A stretch of 64,000 nt of DNA from an uncultured Nitrososphaerota archaeon (GCA_963799845.1 CAWCYI010000004.1:768001-832000), one strand, 5' to 3'. Shown: positions 20,691 to 31,260, counted from the stretch's first letter. Translations and numbers: made by a program. The notes: generated by a model from the letters alone, not told the origin.

Positions 20691-20909
20691 GCCGCAGACA
20701 GGTAAAACAAGCTGTTTCAATTGAACAGAGCTTGATTTATCACCGTCAGCCGAACAGTGATCTTTTTCACCGTTAGGTCGAACAGAACCGAATTTTTTCT
20801 ATATAAGGATCAATGAGAGGTAGTATATGAAGAACTGTAGAAAACAACCCGAGTCAAGAAACAGGTTGCTCCTTGTTAAAGCGCGTGATTATTTATCACG
20901 GTAAGAGAA

Positions 20910-22013
20910 TCAGTTTTCGACTTTGGCGCTCTGGGCTTCCAGAGCTGGCGTCGGCGACTGCATCTGCAACAGTCTCCAGCCGCGCTCGCGGTCGTAGAGC
21001 TCATCTGGAACGTTGAGGAATTGAGTCTTCGTGGGATCTAAGATTATCATTTCTTTCTTCGTGGCAAGAAGGGAAGTATATGTGTCAAGGTACGACACTG
21101 TCTCGTGGAAATACTCCAGCGGAACATCCATGAATGCGAAATAACCCCTATTCTCAAAAGCGGCTTCAAGCAAAGTAAAGGGAATCTTGTTGCAAAGTTT
21201 TCTCACTGAATTCAGCTCCTCGGGTTCCAGACCCTTGAAAATTACGGCAATCTGCATTATCTCGGGAGTTCTGCCCGCGACCAGTCCCTTCGTCCAACGA
21301 ACGTTATTTCCGAGAATGAGCTTGCCCTTCTGAACGTGCTCGGCGTAGTGGTATCTGATCGTTCTCGCGTTTGCTCCCAGATTCTTTGCTATCTTCGAGG
21401 GGCTTATCGTGGGATCCTCCTGCATGTACCTCAGGATTTTCGTGTCGATATAGTCCACCTTCGCATCAGTGTTTACCAGGTGCGACGTCGGTCCCATCTC
21501 TGTCTGGGTCATGTCTACCCTCTTCCAATCGACCTTCCATCTGCCGCTGTCCAGGTCGAAGAATTCCGATCTCATGGGAGGGTACCTTATCCACGAGATC
21601 TCGGTGGACTCGAACTCATCGACCAATCCGAGGTTTTGCAATTCAGTTATCGAGTCGAGGTACTTTTTCTTGAAGCGGTTAGGCAGTGCGTACAGGCAAA
21701 CATATTTTTCCTGTCCCATGACCTTGCTGATGAGAATCAGGTAACTAGCACGATCGAGCCAAGTCCTACCGGCGTTCTGATCAGGCTTTACGACCAGCAT
21801 CCCCATCGTGAATCCAAGTTGAGCATAGTCAATGTTTACAAGAATGCCTAAACCAAGTTTGCCCAGCTGCTTGTTGACTTTATACCGGACTGTTTCCGCA
21901 CTAAGTCCGGTGAGTCTCGCGATGAGGGAATAATTTGAAACACCAACTTGCCTGATCGTTTCTATCAACAGGTACTCTGTGGTGCGGGATATGCCACCGC
22001 CGCTATCAGACAA
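20910..22013 (-). CDS. Lrp/AsnC-like regulator with two HTH units
   Basis: NYSLIARLTGLSAETVRYKV and DYIDTKILRYMQ.....SKIAKNLG..ARTIRYHY. Confidence 0.75.
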   Translation of the reverse strand: MSDSGGGISRTTEYLLIETIRQVGVSNYSLIARLTGLSAETVRYKVNKQLGKLGLGILVNIDYAQLGFTMGMLVVKPDQNAGRTWLDRASYLILISKVMGQEKYVCLYALPNRFKKKYLDSITELQNLGLVDEFESTEISWIRYPPMRSEFFDLDSGRWKVDWKRVDMTQTEMGPTSHLVNTDAKVDYIDTKILRYMQEDPTISPSKIAKNLGANARTIRYHYAEHVQKGKLILGNNVRWTKGLVAGRTPEIMQIAVIFKGLEPEELNSVRKLCNKIPFTLLEAAFENRGYFAFMDVPLEYFHETVSYLDTYTSLLATKKEMIILDPTKTQFLNVPDELYDRERGWRLLQMQSPTPALEAQSAKVEN

Positions 22014-22239
22014 TTGGGTAAAGACATAGTTTAGGTCATGAAGGGCGTATAAATCGAAAATGAAGTCGGGATACAGATCCAGACTAGGCTTTTGATATAT
22101 ATCGCCAAATCATATTATGCTCTAAGAAATTAATTTGCCGTTTTATCTCAAAGTGGAGACTAGCGTTGTGGGAAAGATGACAACAGAGATAACTACGCAG
22201 CGCGATATTTCTACCATTACTCTGGTTAGTGCTTAATCA

Positions 22240-22989
22240 TTGGAAACAAAAGAGCAGCAGCAGTTCCCTTCATTTGCTAACGTACTGAAGCCGAGTGCCG
22301 GCGTTCGCATCCCCACCGCGATACCCGGACTGGATCCGTTGATTCAGGGAGGTCTCAACCGCGGGGATTTCATTCTCCTGTCTGGAGGAGTAGGCGCAGG
22401 CAAGACTACATTCTCCTGCCAGTTTGCTTACAACGGAGCGACGTTCCTCAACGAGCCCGCGGTGTTTGCAAGTTTTGAGGAAGATTCGCTCAGTCTGAAG
22501 CGAAATATGCTGAGATTCGGCATGGATCTTGAAACTCTCGAAAGAGACGGGAAGATCAAGATCATGGACCTCGAGATCCTCGAAGGTCAGGGGATGGGCT
22601 CAAACATGGAGGTATTGCTCAGCGCTCTGGACAAGATTCAGGGGAAGCGATTGGTCGTTGACTCGCTCACCGCGTTCCTCACCGGCGCGAAGGACAAGTT
22701 CGATTACAGATTCCTGATGCACCTGATCTACAAGACTTTGAAACGGGAAGGGGTCACGACGATGATGACGATAAGCAGGATGCAGAACGATAGCCAGATT
22801 CTCGGCGTCGGTCTGGAAGAGTTTGTCGCCGACGGTATTTTCCAGCTCGAGAGCTACGTGACTGAAACGATGGAGCTGAGGACGCGGTTCTTGGTCAGGA
22901 AACTCAGGGGCTGCGATCACAGCCGGAAGTATCACTCAGTAGCCTTTTCTCACGAGGGCATCCAGATTCTACCCTGGTCGTCGTCCTGA
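22240..22989 (+). CDS. KaiC-like single-domain ATPase 3 (close paralog of ATPase 1)
   Basis: GGVGAGKT, FEE, LVVDSLTAFL, MHLIYKTLKREG, EEFVADGIFQLESYVTE, KLRG shared with 15665-16360. Confidence 0.9.
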   Translation: METKEQQQFPSFANVLKPSAGVRIPTAIPGLDPLIQGGLNRGDFILLSGGVGAGKTTFSCQFAYNGATFLNEPAVFASFEEDSLSLKRNMLRFGMDLETLERDGKIKIMDLEILEGQGMGSNMEVLLSALDKIQGKRLVVDSLTAFLTGAKDKFDYRFLMHLIYKTLKREGVTTMMTISRMQNDSQILGVGLEEFVADGIFQLESYVTETMELRTRFLVRKLRGCDHSRKYHSVAFSHEGIQILPWSSS

Positions 22990-23314
22990 GACATCCGCTC
23001 AGCTAAATTTTCAAGCCGCAGAGCTAGCCTTGCGTCTCCCCACAGGATTTCGGGTACGTGCAAAAGACCTGCGTACCTCAATGACGTCCAAAACCGATGT
23101 GCTCTAAACAGAAATATTGAAACCAAGCTGTTGTTGGCCAGCAGACCTTGAAACGATCTCTTCGGTACCCAGAATTGCACCGTTGCGCACACGTGCAAAA
23201 TTCGCATAATAAATCAATGAAAGTGAAACTATTGGCTTTAGGAAGTTAGTTAGGTCCACAGGTACGAGAAGAAGACCTGGATCAGTATGCCCTAAAATAT
23301 CGTGAAAAATGCAC

Positions 23315-25912
23315 TCATACTGGAGAAGTCAGTGCAGTGGATTCCAAGACTCCCTGATCCGTGGTCAAAGTAATCAAGTAATGCTGATTTGTGTTCCAAG
23401 AAAATGAAGTCAGAGGAGCAGATAACTGCTCACTGGGCCCCAGCTCGAAATCAAAACTTCCGATTACTCCTAATGCCGAGGAATTTGTGTCATAGTGCAC
23501 TAAGGTGGCAGAGACGGTATTGTAGATGTACAGACTGATCAGATGGACTGCGAACGGACTGTTATTAACAGCCGTAATCACCGGGATCGACGCGAATCTG
23601 ACGTTGAAAGGGCTGGAAGAGCCGCTTGTCCACACCGCCCCGCTGCCTCCGTACGTTGATGACAGACCCGCAATGGAGGTCTCCGATGAACTCACGGTCT
23701 GGATCGAGCTCCACGAATTGCCGAAATTCGTGCTGTAAAGCGTGGAAAGGGTGGTCCCCGAGCCGTAGAATACGATGAGTGTCTCGGATGGTTCCTGGGA
23801 GATTGAAGTCAACCACCCCGAGCTTGAGCTCTGAAGTTGCGTTTCAGACGATGTTGCTGAAGCGCCGTTCGCAAAGCTCCAAAAATTAACCGTACCCGAT
23901 ATAACCCCAGTACTACCTGAAGCTAATCCTACAAAATATAGAGTGTTGCCGATCGCCGTTGCTGATGAGGAGAAGAGCATGTAATCTGACGATGGCGAAA
24001 CCGGACTTGACCAGCTTGCACCAGTTGTAGTCGTAATAACGTTGACCGCAGCTGTTACACTGCCCTCTCCGTATATTAGGGCAATGCCATTCGAGAGAGG
24101 TACAAGAATCGGTGTAATGTCCGCTGGCTGGGGGGAGATGTCGTCTTCCTTCGCCCAAGAGCCCGATGAATACTTCCAGACTTCAATGTGCGCATTGGTT
24201 CCGTCGTTGGTGTTGAGGGCTACCCAGACGTTTCCGGAAGAATCGGTGACTATCGAATCGTAGGAACTAACCTTGTTCGTCGTGGACACTGTAGTCTGCG
24301 AGATCGCCCAGTTAATTGTTCCACCGGATTGTAGTGCCCCGTATCGCCAAGAGAATGACGCGCTCTGTTTCGCTGCATCTAAAACGTAGTAAAAGGTGTT
24401 CCCGCTGACCCAGATGTTGAAATTGTAACCGTCGGTAGAATCGGCGGATGAAGTCAAGATAGTCTCACTGCTCCAGACCGACCCGTCGGCCGAGGTGCGA
24501 TAACCAATGTTTGTGCCGTCGCTGTAGAACGCCCACCACAATCCCTGTGAGTAAACGAGCTTGTGTTGAAAGTCGTAAGAAGTAGCAGTGCCCGTGGTGA
24601 CCAGTGCAGCGAAGCTCGTGCTCGGCATGACACCATTCGGCGGGTAGAACCGGGCCCTATTCCAATTGAAATAGATACTGACGGCTGAAGAGCCACCTAT
24701 CGCTCCCAGATAGAGGTGAGTTGCTGCGCTGAGTGGGTTGTTTGTTTCTGTGGCAGTATAACCACCTGTCGTTGAATAGAGCTGGGGAGCATCATACGCG
24801 CTCCACGAGGTCGAGCTCGTCCCTGGGTAAGTCACACTGCCGTACACCCAAGTTCCCGCCGCTGGCACTGCTCCTGCTCCATTTACAGGGATTGTCACCG
24901 CGCCAGAGATGTCGTAAGCTTGGAAGAAATAGTCACTACCAAATCCCATACCCATGCCGATTCCATTGTTCGTACCCGATGCCGTTGCTGCGTTCATCAG
25001 TCCTGTGACGCCTGTTCCATCAGCTGTATCTGCGGCTAGTGCAAAGCTCGACTCTGTAATTATTCCTACATTGCTCAAAGCTGTATTGAACACGAAGGCA
25101 GGGGCATGAGCACCGGAGGTGCCAGAGATTTGAATTGCGTTTATAGTTGCTCCTCCCGGCCCGATAACGCCAGTTGCCTTTGCTACCGTCAGTCCGGCAT
25201 AAACTGAAAATCCCGAGGTCGCCGTATTGCCGTTGAAATATGCCGCAAAGACACTGGCTCCGTTATCATATTGGCCGTATGTCGCTGACAAACTTGGGGC
25301 CTCTCCCCAGTAGTTGTCATCGAAATTGGTAGATGTAGGTTGGAAGACCATGTATATTATGAGTGTCCCACCACTTGCTGATATCGATGATGTCAGTTTG
25401 ACCCAGACGGTTGCTGACGTCGCTGCTGTTGTACAGGAAGGAGTACACGATTCCAGCCAGGCAAAAAGTTGAGTATTGCACGCGTAATCCTGGCAGAATC
25501 TTATGTTGCCCAAGTTGGAAGCCTCGATTGTTGAATCCGAAGATGGATTGAAAACTATCATTTGTTGAAAAGTCGTTGGAGTCGCGGACGTCTGACTATT
25601 CGTTATCGTTATAGGGATGTAGGCTGACTGTGACGATGATGTCGTAATTGTGTTCGCACTTGCCCCAAAAGTTAGCTGTGAAATGTCAAGTGAAGTCTGA
25701 TCCTGCTGTTGCACTGAGTGATCGTACTGCAGCAACTTAGAGTTGTAGTTATTGTAATATCCGAAAATCGTGGTAATAGTTGTCAGCCCTAACATTAGGA
25801 TAAGTACGAAAATGAGAGTGCCGATTACGGTCGATACGCCCGATCTTCTATTGCCAAGAGCTCTCCTGTGAAAGTGTTTTTTCCTTGATAAAATGGGGCT
25901 AGATGCTTGCAT
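23315..25912 (-). CDS. Large adhesin-pilin: class III signal peptide, DUF2341-like module, BNR/propeller-like region, pilin C-terminal strands
   Basis: NRRSG|VSTVIGTLIF; NLGNIRF...WLES...WVKL; S.DG..WS and STNFGNSW Asp-boxes; C-terminal YLITLTTDQG. Confidence 0.75.
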   Translation of the reverse strand: MQASSPILSRKKHFHRRALGNRRSGVSTVIGTLIFVLILMLGLTTITTIFGYYNNYNSKLLQYDHSVQQQDQTSLDISQLTFGASANTITTSSSQSAYIPITITNSQTSATPTTFQQMIVFNPSSDSTIEASNLGNIRFCQDYACNTQLFAWLESCTPSCTTAATSATVWVKLTSSISASGGTLIIYMVFQPTSTNFDDNYWGEAPSLSATYGQYDNGASVFAAYFNGNTATSGFSVYAGLTVAKATGVIGPGGATINAIQISGTSGAHAPAFVFNTALSNVGIITESSFALAADTADGTGVTGLMNAATASGTNNGIGMGMGFGSDYFFQAYDISGAVTIPVNGAGAVPAAGTWVYGSVTYPGTSSTSWSAYDAPQLYSTTGGYTATETNNPLSAATHLYLGAIGGSSAVSIYFNWNRARFYPPNGVMPSTSFAALVTTGTATSYDFQHKLVYSQGLWWAFYSDGTNIGYRTSADGSVWSSETILTSSADSTDGYNFNIWVSGNTFYYVLDAAKQSASFSWRYGALQSGGTINWAISQTTVSTTNKVSSYDSIVTDSSGNVWVALNTNDGTNAHIEVWKYSSGSWAKEDDISPQPADITPILVPLSNGIALIYGEGSVTAAVNVITTTTGASWSSPVSPSSDYMLFSSSATAIGNTLYFVGLASGSTGVISGTVNFWSFANGASATSSETQLQSSSSGWLTSISQEPSETLIVFYGSGTTLSTLYSTNFGNSWSSIQTVSSSETSIAGLSSTYGGSGAVWTSGSSSPFNVRFASIPVITAVNNSPFAVHLISLYIYNTVSATLVHYDTNSSALGVIGSFDFELGPSEQLSAPLTSFSWNTNQHYLITLTTDQGVLESTALTSPV

Positions 25913-25937
25913 TTGTCGTTTACCTGTACAGAATAGC

Positions 25938-28457
25938 CTAGCTTGGGGAAGTTAGAGTCGAGGAAAAAACTACTCCCTGATCTGTTGTTACGGTGATGAT
26001 ATAATTCTGACTTGTAGTCCAAGCAAATGAGCTAAGAGGGATTGACATAGTTTCGCCAGCCCCTATCTGATTATCGAAACCAGCGCTTACTCCGGGCGCA
26101 GAAGAATTTGTGTCGAAATGAACTAGGGTATTAGTAACAGTGTTCAAAATGTACAAGCTAATCATGTGGACTGCGAACGGACTGTTATTGACGGTACTAA
26201 AAGTCGGAATCGCGGCAAATCTAACGTTGAAGGGACTAGAGCTCCCACTCGTCCAGAGTGCAGCACTTCCCCCTTCTGCAGAATTGACTCCAGTGACCGA
26301 TGTCTCGGAAGAGCTGATAGTTTGAATGGATGACCAGGTCGTACCAAAGTTGAGACTGGAGAGCATGTACAGATTCGATCCAGCTCCGTAAAATACAACA
26401 AGCGTTTTCGAAGGCTCTTCGGATATCGAAACCGACCAGCCGGAAGTAGTTCCCTGTAACTGTGTTTCGGACGATGTAGAACCCGCCCCACTGGTAAAAG
26501 TCCAAAAATTAAGAGCCCCAGTAGTCGCCCCAGCACTACCTGAGGCCAGTCCGGCAAAATACACAGTGTTTGTGATCGAGTCCGCTGAAGATGAAAACAA
26601 TGAATAATCGGATGGAGGTGAAACCGCTGCGCTCCAGCTAGAGCCCGTAGCACTCGTGATTATCCTAACGGGGGCGGTTACACTTCCTTCTCCATAGATC
26701 AAAGCAACCCCTGATGAGAGCGGAACTAGCATCGCCATCTCGTCAGTTGAAAGCGGAGAAATGTCATCGACTTTGCTCCACACTGCCGCGGAGTATCTCC
26801 AAACTTCAACATGAGTATTAGTACCATCATTAGTATTTAGGGCGACCCAGACGTTCCCGAAAGAATCCGTTGCCATCGAGTCGTAGGAATAAACAGTGTT
26901 TGTGGTGGTGACTGTCGTCTCCGAAATCGTCCAGCTAATCGTCCCTGAACTCTGGAGGGTTCCATAACGCCACAGGAAGGATGCACTCTTGCCATATCCT
27001 GTCAAAACGTAATATATCGTGTTGCCACTTGTCCATATGCTGAAGTCGTAACCTTTCGTTGAATCGGTCGATGAACTGACTGTCGTGGGGCTGCTCCAGA
27101 CTGAACCATCCGGAGACGTTTCGTACGCGATGTTTGTACCGTCACTGTAAAACGCCCACCACAACCCTTGGGCATAAACTAGTTTGTTCTGCGCGCTGTT
27201 CGAGGTCGCGGTTCCAGTGGGAATAACTAATGCGGCAAAGGCGGTTGTCGGCATGACGTTGCTAGGCGGATAGGCTCTCATTCTCGCCCAGGTGAACGTG
27301 CTGCTTGACTGAACTCCGTTTGGTTCTCCAATATAGATACCATAGTTTGCAATCGCAACCCCGTTGTTACTCCCCGTATAGGTGTTCCCGACGCCGTCGC
27401 TGAAGTATTGTGTAGCCGTTGCGGACCAGGTGACTTGCCAAATCCCTGCGGGGAATGACGCTTGGGCGGTCGTGTGAAGGTTGGTATGGGTACCTGAAGC
27501 CTGATACGTCATGTGATCGTCGCCGCTGGCCCAATTTAACGAATAGCCAGAGTAAAGAGCAGTAAAACTGTTGGTACTTTGTGTGGTTGCAACTCCGAGA
27601 ATCGAATTTCCGCTAGCGGTATAGGTTTCAGCGACAAGTGGGTACGTCTGAGTAGCGGACACTATGAAGCCGTAACCCGCACTCGTAGTGAGAGTGACTG
27701 TCAGACCGTTGTTCACCGTAATGGTTGCTGAACTCGTGATTGATGTCCACTTGGCGCTTAATGAGCTACCAGCAAAATTATCGTAAAACGTGAAGACGTT
27801 GGCACCGTTGTCATATTGGCCATACGTACCGGAAATGCTCGGGGCCTCGCCCCAGTAGTTGTCATCGAAATTTGTGGTAGTGGGCTCGAATACCATATAG
27901 ACTATCAGAGTTCCACCGCTTGCCGCTATCGAAGATGTTAATTTGACCCAGGCGACGGCAGACGTTGCGGAGGTCACACAAGAAGGCGTGCACGATTCCA
28001 ACCAAGCAAAAAGCTGCTTAGAGCAAAAGGTATCTAGACAGAATCGAATGTTTCCCAAATTCGAGGCCTCGTACGTTGAATAGGTAGAGGGATTGAAGGT
28101 AATCCTCTCTTGGAAAGTGGTCGGTGTTCCAGATGACTGACTATTAGTGATCGTGATCGCGACGTAAGCTAAGGATGCGCTGGTTGAAGTTGCAATCGTA
28201 TTTGCACTCGCCCCAAATGTAAACCCGGATATCGAGAGAGAAGTCTCGCCTCTCTGGAGGGCCGACTGATTGTACTGGAGGAGCTGAGAGTTGTAGCTAT
28301 TGTAGTAACTGAATACAGCCGCAATTGTCGTTAGTCCGGTGAGCAGGATTAGGACGAAAATCAAAGATCCGATTACGGTGGAGATACCCAGTCTGCGATT
28401 CTTGGACCGAAATTCTTTCGGCTCGGCTTCATAGGTCACACGGCTAAGCCTTGGCAT
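25938..28457 (-). CDS. Large adhesin-pilin, tandem paralog
   Basis: KNRRLG|ISTVIGSLIF; same architecture as 23315-25912. Confidence 0.75.
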   Translation of the reverse strand: MPRLSRVTYEAEPKEFRSKNRRLGISTVIGSLIFVLILLTGLTTIAAVFSYYNSYNSQLLQYNQSALQRGETSLSISGFTFGASANTIATSTSASLAYVAITITNSQSSGTPTTFQERITFNPSTYSTYEASNLGNIRFCLDTFCSKQLFAWLESCTPSCVTSATSAVAWVKLTSSIAASGGTLIVYMVFEPTTTNFDDNYWGEAPSISGTYGQYDNGANVFTFYDNFAGSSLSAKWTSITSSATITVNNGLTVTLTTSAGYGFIVSATQTYPLVAETYTASGNSILGVATTQSTNSFTALYSGYSLNWASGDDHMTYQASGTHTNLHTTAQASFPAGIWQVTWSATATQYFSDGVGNTYTGSNNGVAIANYGIYIGEPNGVQSSSTFTWARMRAYPPSNVMPTTAFAALVIPTGTATSNSAQNKLVYAQGLWWAFYSDGTNIAYETSPDGSVWSSPTTVSSSTDSTKGYDFSIWTSGNTIYYVLTGYGKSASFLWRYGTLQSSGTISWTISETTVTTTNTVYSYDSMATDSFGNVWVALNTNDGTNTHVEVWRYSAAVWSKVDDISPLSTDEMAMLVPLSSGVALIYGEGSVTAPVRIITSATGSSWSAAVSPPSDYSLFSSSADSITNTVYFAGLASGSAGATTGALNFWTFTSGAGSTSSETQLQGTTSGWSVSISEEPSKTLVVFYGAGSNLYMLSSLNFGTTWSSIQTISSSETSVTGVNSAEGGSAALWTSGSSSPFNVRFAAIPTFSTVNNSPFAVHMISLYILNTVTNTLVHFDTNSSAPGVSAGFDNQIGAGETMSIPLSSFAWTTSQNYIITVTTDQGVVFSSTLTSPS

Positions 28458-28950
28458 TTGTTACCACCGTATTGCCTAACTGCGTCGCTATGATGAAACT
28501 GTACGTCGTGCCAACGTCCGGGGTAAAGGTAACCGCGATAATCTGGAATGATCCAGAGTTGATCTGCTTTGTGGGAGAGAGGGTATAGGACAGAACAAAT
28601 TTGCTTGCCGTGACATTAGTGATGTAAACAGCGGCAACTATTGTCGGGTTCACTCCATCGTTTCGAACGTACAGATTCACGCCGAGCTTCGATCCAGTTT
28701 CGTTGAACGTTACTTGTTCTACTACCACCCTTTCAGACAGAGCATTTGCTGAATTACCGAACAGATTGGACAAATTCGAACCCAGTCCCGAAAACCCATT
28801 CGTAGCATAGGCAAAGATCGTGGCAGAAAGTCCGACAACTATGACGATCATCAGAAGGGAAGCGATTATTTCGCTGATTCCTTGTTTCTTTCTTCTGCGA
28901 GTTCTATTCGAGATTTCAAAATAGCCTGATCTCGAATATCTTCCTGTCAA
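28444..28950 (-). CDS. Archaeal type IV pilin
   Basis: RRRKKQG|ISEIIASLLMIVIVV; LYVRNDG; YSFIIATQLGN. Confidence 0.85.
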   Translation of the reverse strand: MTGRYSRSGYFEISNRTRRRKKQGISEIIASLLMIVIVVGLSATIFAYATNGFSGLGSNLSNLFGNSANALSERVVVEQVTFNETGSKLGVNLYVRNDGVNPTIVAAVYITNVTASKFVLSYTLSPTKQINSGSFQIIAVTFTPDVGTTYSFIIATQLGNTVVTNAKA

Positions 28951-29006
28951 GACTCAGATCTCAAAGGAAGCAGCCTTTCGTCAAATATATAGCTGCCAGC
29001 GTCTGT

Positions 29007-29226
29007 CTAGTAGGTTGGAGGACCGGGCTCTTTCAGGGAAAAAACAGAAATTCTGTCGGCACCGCACTTCTTGCATTTCATAGTCACTAAGATTCCGTTT
29101 CGACCCTGCTCCTCAGCTCTTTCTCAGCTTCCAATCGTGCGAAGCGAGCAAAATTTCGTAGTCTAGGAAATTTTTGAGGTTTCGTGGTTTAGTAAATGAA
29201 CAAACTGTACTTGATAGGGACCCCAT
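29007..29226 (-). CDS. Small putative zinc-binding protein C-x20-HDW-x18-CxxC; one-base frameshift at ~29125
   Basis: MGSLSSTVCSFTKP...ASHDWKL joined to ERAEEQGRNGILVTMKCKKCGAD; same ligand spacing as 34567-34839. Confidence 0.6.
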
Positions 29227-29355
29227 GTTTTTGAGTTTACTGGGAGACAGATAAACCAAGTGAAGCTTGAATCTGTACTAGCAACATCGATTTAGAGCAC
29301 TAAATTCTGATCGCGAAAACGTGACTGTCGGTTTGCTTTGAGAATTGGCTCGATT

Positions 29356-30376
29356 CTAGTGGAGCGTAGCGGTTATCGAACCACCGAATTCGATTGACGG
29401 CGCAGGCCAAAGAACATTGTAAGTCCCATCGAGGGTCAGACCTTTCGGATCTGACATCGAAAAGGAGCCTATCGACGAAAATCCGGTTTCAAGACACGTT
29501 CCAGGAAGACCTACAGGGGAGCAATCTATGGTGCCTGTAGTGGGAATCGTGGAAGTGCCTTGGAATCTACCGTTCGAGTTGAGCGAGCTAGGAGTCATTC
29601 CGACTAGAGCAATCTGACCCTTGTCATTCGCTGTTCCGGTCACGTAATTCTCGTCTGTCGCTATTTTCTGAGTAAAACTTCCTGAAACCGCAGTTGATTT
29701 TCCAATTGTACCCGTTAGGGTTCCGGCTGTCTGGACACCGTCCCAGTGAGTCATGGCGTGGTTATAGGTTGCGACGACGAGTAGCGATCCGTCCAAAGAT
29801 GATATCACTATTGGTGCACCGAAGGGATTCAACGCTGCGTCCTCGATTAAGAGAGTAACATCGTATTTCGGAGAAACGTTGGAATCGAGCTGGACTCTAA
29901 GGTGTCCGCTTGCGACAAAGTACGCAGGAATTTCACTCGTATCACTTGCAAGACAGACTCCCTGTGACGGTGTAAGACGGGAAACACACTGCCGGAATGG
30001 AGCTGCTTATGGTTGTGTGAACTCTCAGGTCGATCGTTCTGCCGTCTGCAGTCGTGCCCTGGAGTTGAAGTTTGAAGCTTCCTTTAGTTGAAAGACCGTT
30101 TACATCTGCTGAAAGATTGTAATTGACGCTAGTCCATGTGACATCAGATAACACGGGAGTCGAGATGTCTGAAGCAAGTCCAAGAACTCCACCAGACATT
30201 GTCCAATGCTGAGGACCTGCATCTGTGATCCATCCATCGGAAATGGTAAGAGCAACCGGCTGTGCATTCGTTGAAGCGGTTGCGTTGTAAGAATCAGCCC
30301 TAACGGTAATCGGGCTTGCGAATAGCAACAGTGCCAATATCGATAAAGTTGCGATTAACACAAAACTTGTTTTCAA
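29356..30376 (-). CDS. Secreted beta-rich hypothetical protein; one-base frameshift at ~29957
   Basis: Sec signal peptide (MKTSFVLIATL...VRA); ORFs 29942-30376 and 29356-29832 join via CLASDTSEIPAYF. Confidence 0.7.
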
Positions 30377-30759
30377 AACGGTTTCACCTACTCTACTCTA
30401 GTTTGTAAGAAATACATTTCAGGGCCAGCTTACTTTAGCAAGTTTGCCAGATTCCAAGTACCGATATTAGAGAAGCTTTGAAAGCGGTAATGCATACTAT
30501 CGTAAATCGAATATCAAAATAGGGTAATTGAAAAGATTTTTGGCTATTTTGGCGCTCAAAGTTTTTTCAGGACGTCTTTCATATAAAACAGGGCAAGAAA
30601 CGAGCCGTTCTGAGCTTACGAGCTTGAAACGAGCTGGCCGAATTGAACAGAGTTTGAACGTAGTCTTCGGCCCAAAAGTGCTCACGTGCGCAGAAACGCA
30701 GAAAATTTTGGCTTTGTTCGGTCAAAGGGTGTTTTAACCTTATGTTCGGATTTGGGTGT

Positions 30760-31026
30760 TTAGTGTGCCATGAATAACAGATAGTAAGACCACATTACAG
30801 TCTCAAAGATTATAGTCCAGATTATTCCGAAGATCAAGAGATGTTTTGCTTCCTTCCTGTTTCTACTTTCGATAAAGACATAACCAAGGATTCCGCCAAC
30901 AATTAACAGAAAGAAAGGAAGAAGATACCAAACCCAGCCAATTACTTCAGGAATTGGCTTCCCGCAATTAGAACAAAATCGTGAAGCTGAATCTTTGATA
31001 TCTTGACCACAGTGATCGCAAAACAA
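30760..31026 (-). CDS. Zinc-ribbon domain membrane protein
   Basis: MFCDHCG....FCSNCG followed by WYLLP....GGI.GY and two TM helices. Confidence 0.85.
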   Translation of the reverse strand: MFCDHCGQDIKDSASRFCSNCGKPIPEVIGWVWYLLPFFLLIVGGILGYVFIESRNRKEAKHLLIFGIIWTIIFETVMWSYYLLFMAH

Positions 31027-31056
31027 AGACTATAACTTTGAAAAAACTGTGGGATT

Positions 31057-31260
31057 TTAGTCTTTCTTGCGTAACGATTGTTCGAGTAATTCTAGCCATT
31101 TGTTTTCAATCGGGATTCCAGCTCTTTGAGCCGGAGTTTGTCCTTCTAATGCAGAGTGCGGTTTCGCAAAGTTATAGTGGATTCTTTGACCTTCAGCGAT
31201 CTGAGATTTCCAGCTTTTCCATCCACGCTGTACTTTGATTCTTTCTCTCAGAGTACCGTG
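31057..31260 (-). pseudogene. DDE transposase C-terminal remnant (archaeal IS6/integrase-like)
   Basis: Start-less frame HGTLRERIKVQRGWKS...HYNFAKPHSALEGQTPAQRAGI..NKWLELL. Confidence 0.75.

Noticed and set aside
15665-22989. Circadian clock
   Set aside because: Single-domain KaiC proteins without the ST phosphosites; no kaiA or kaiB visible.
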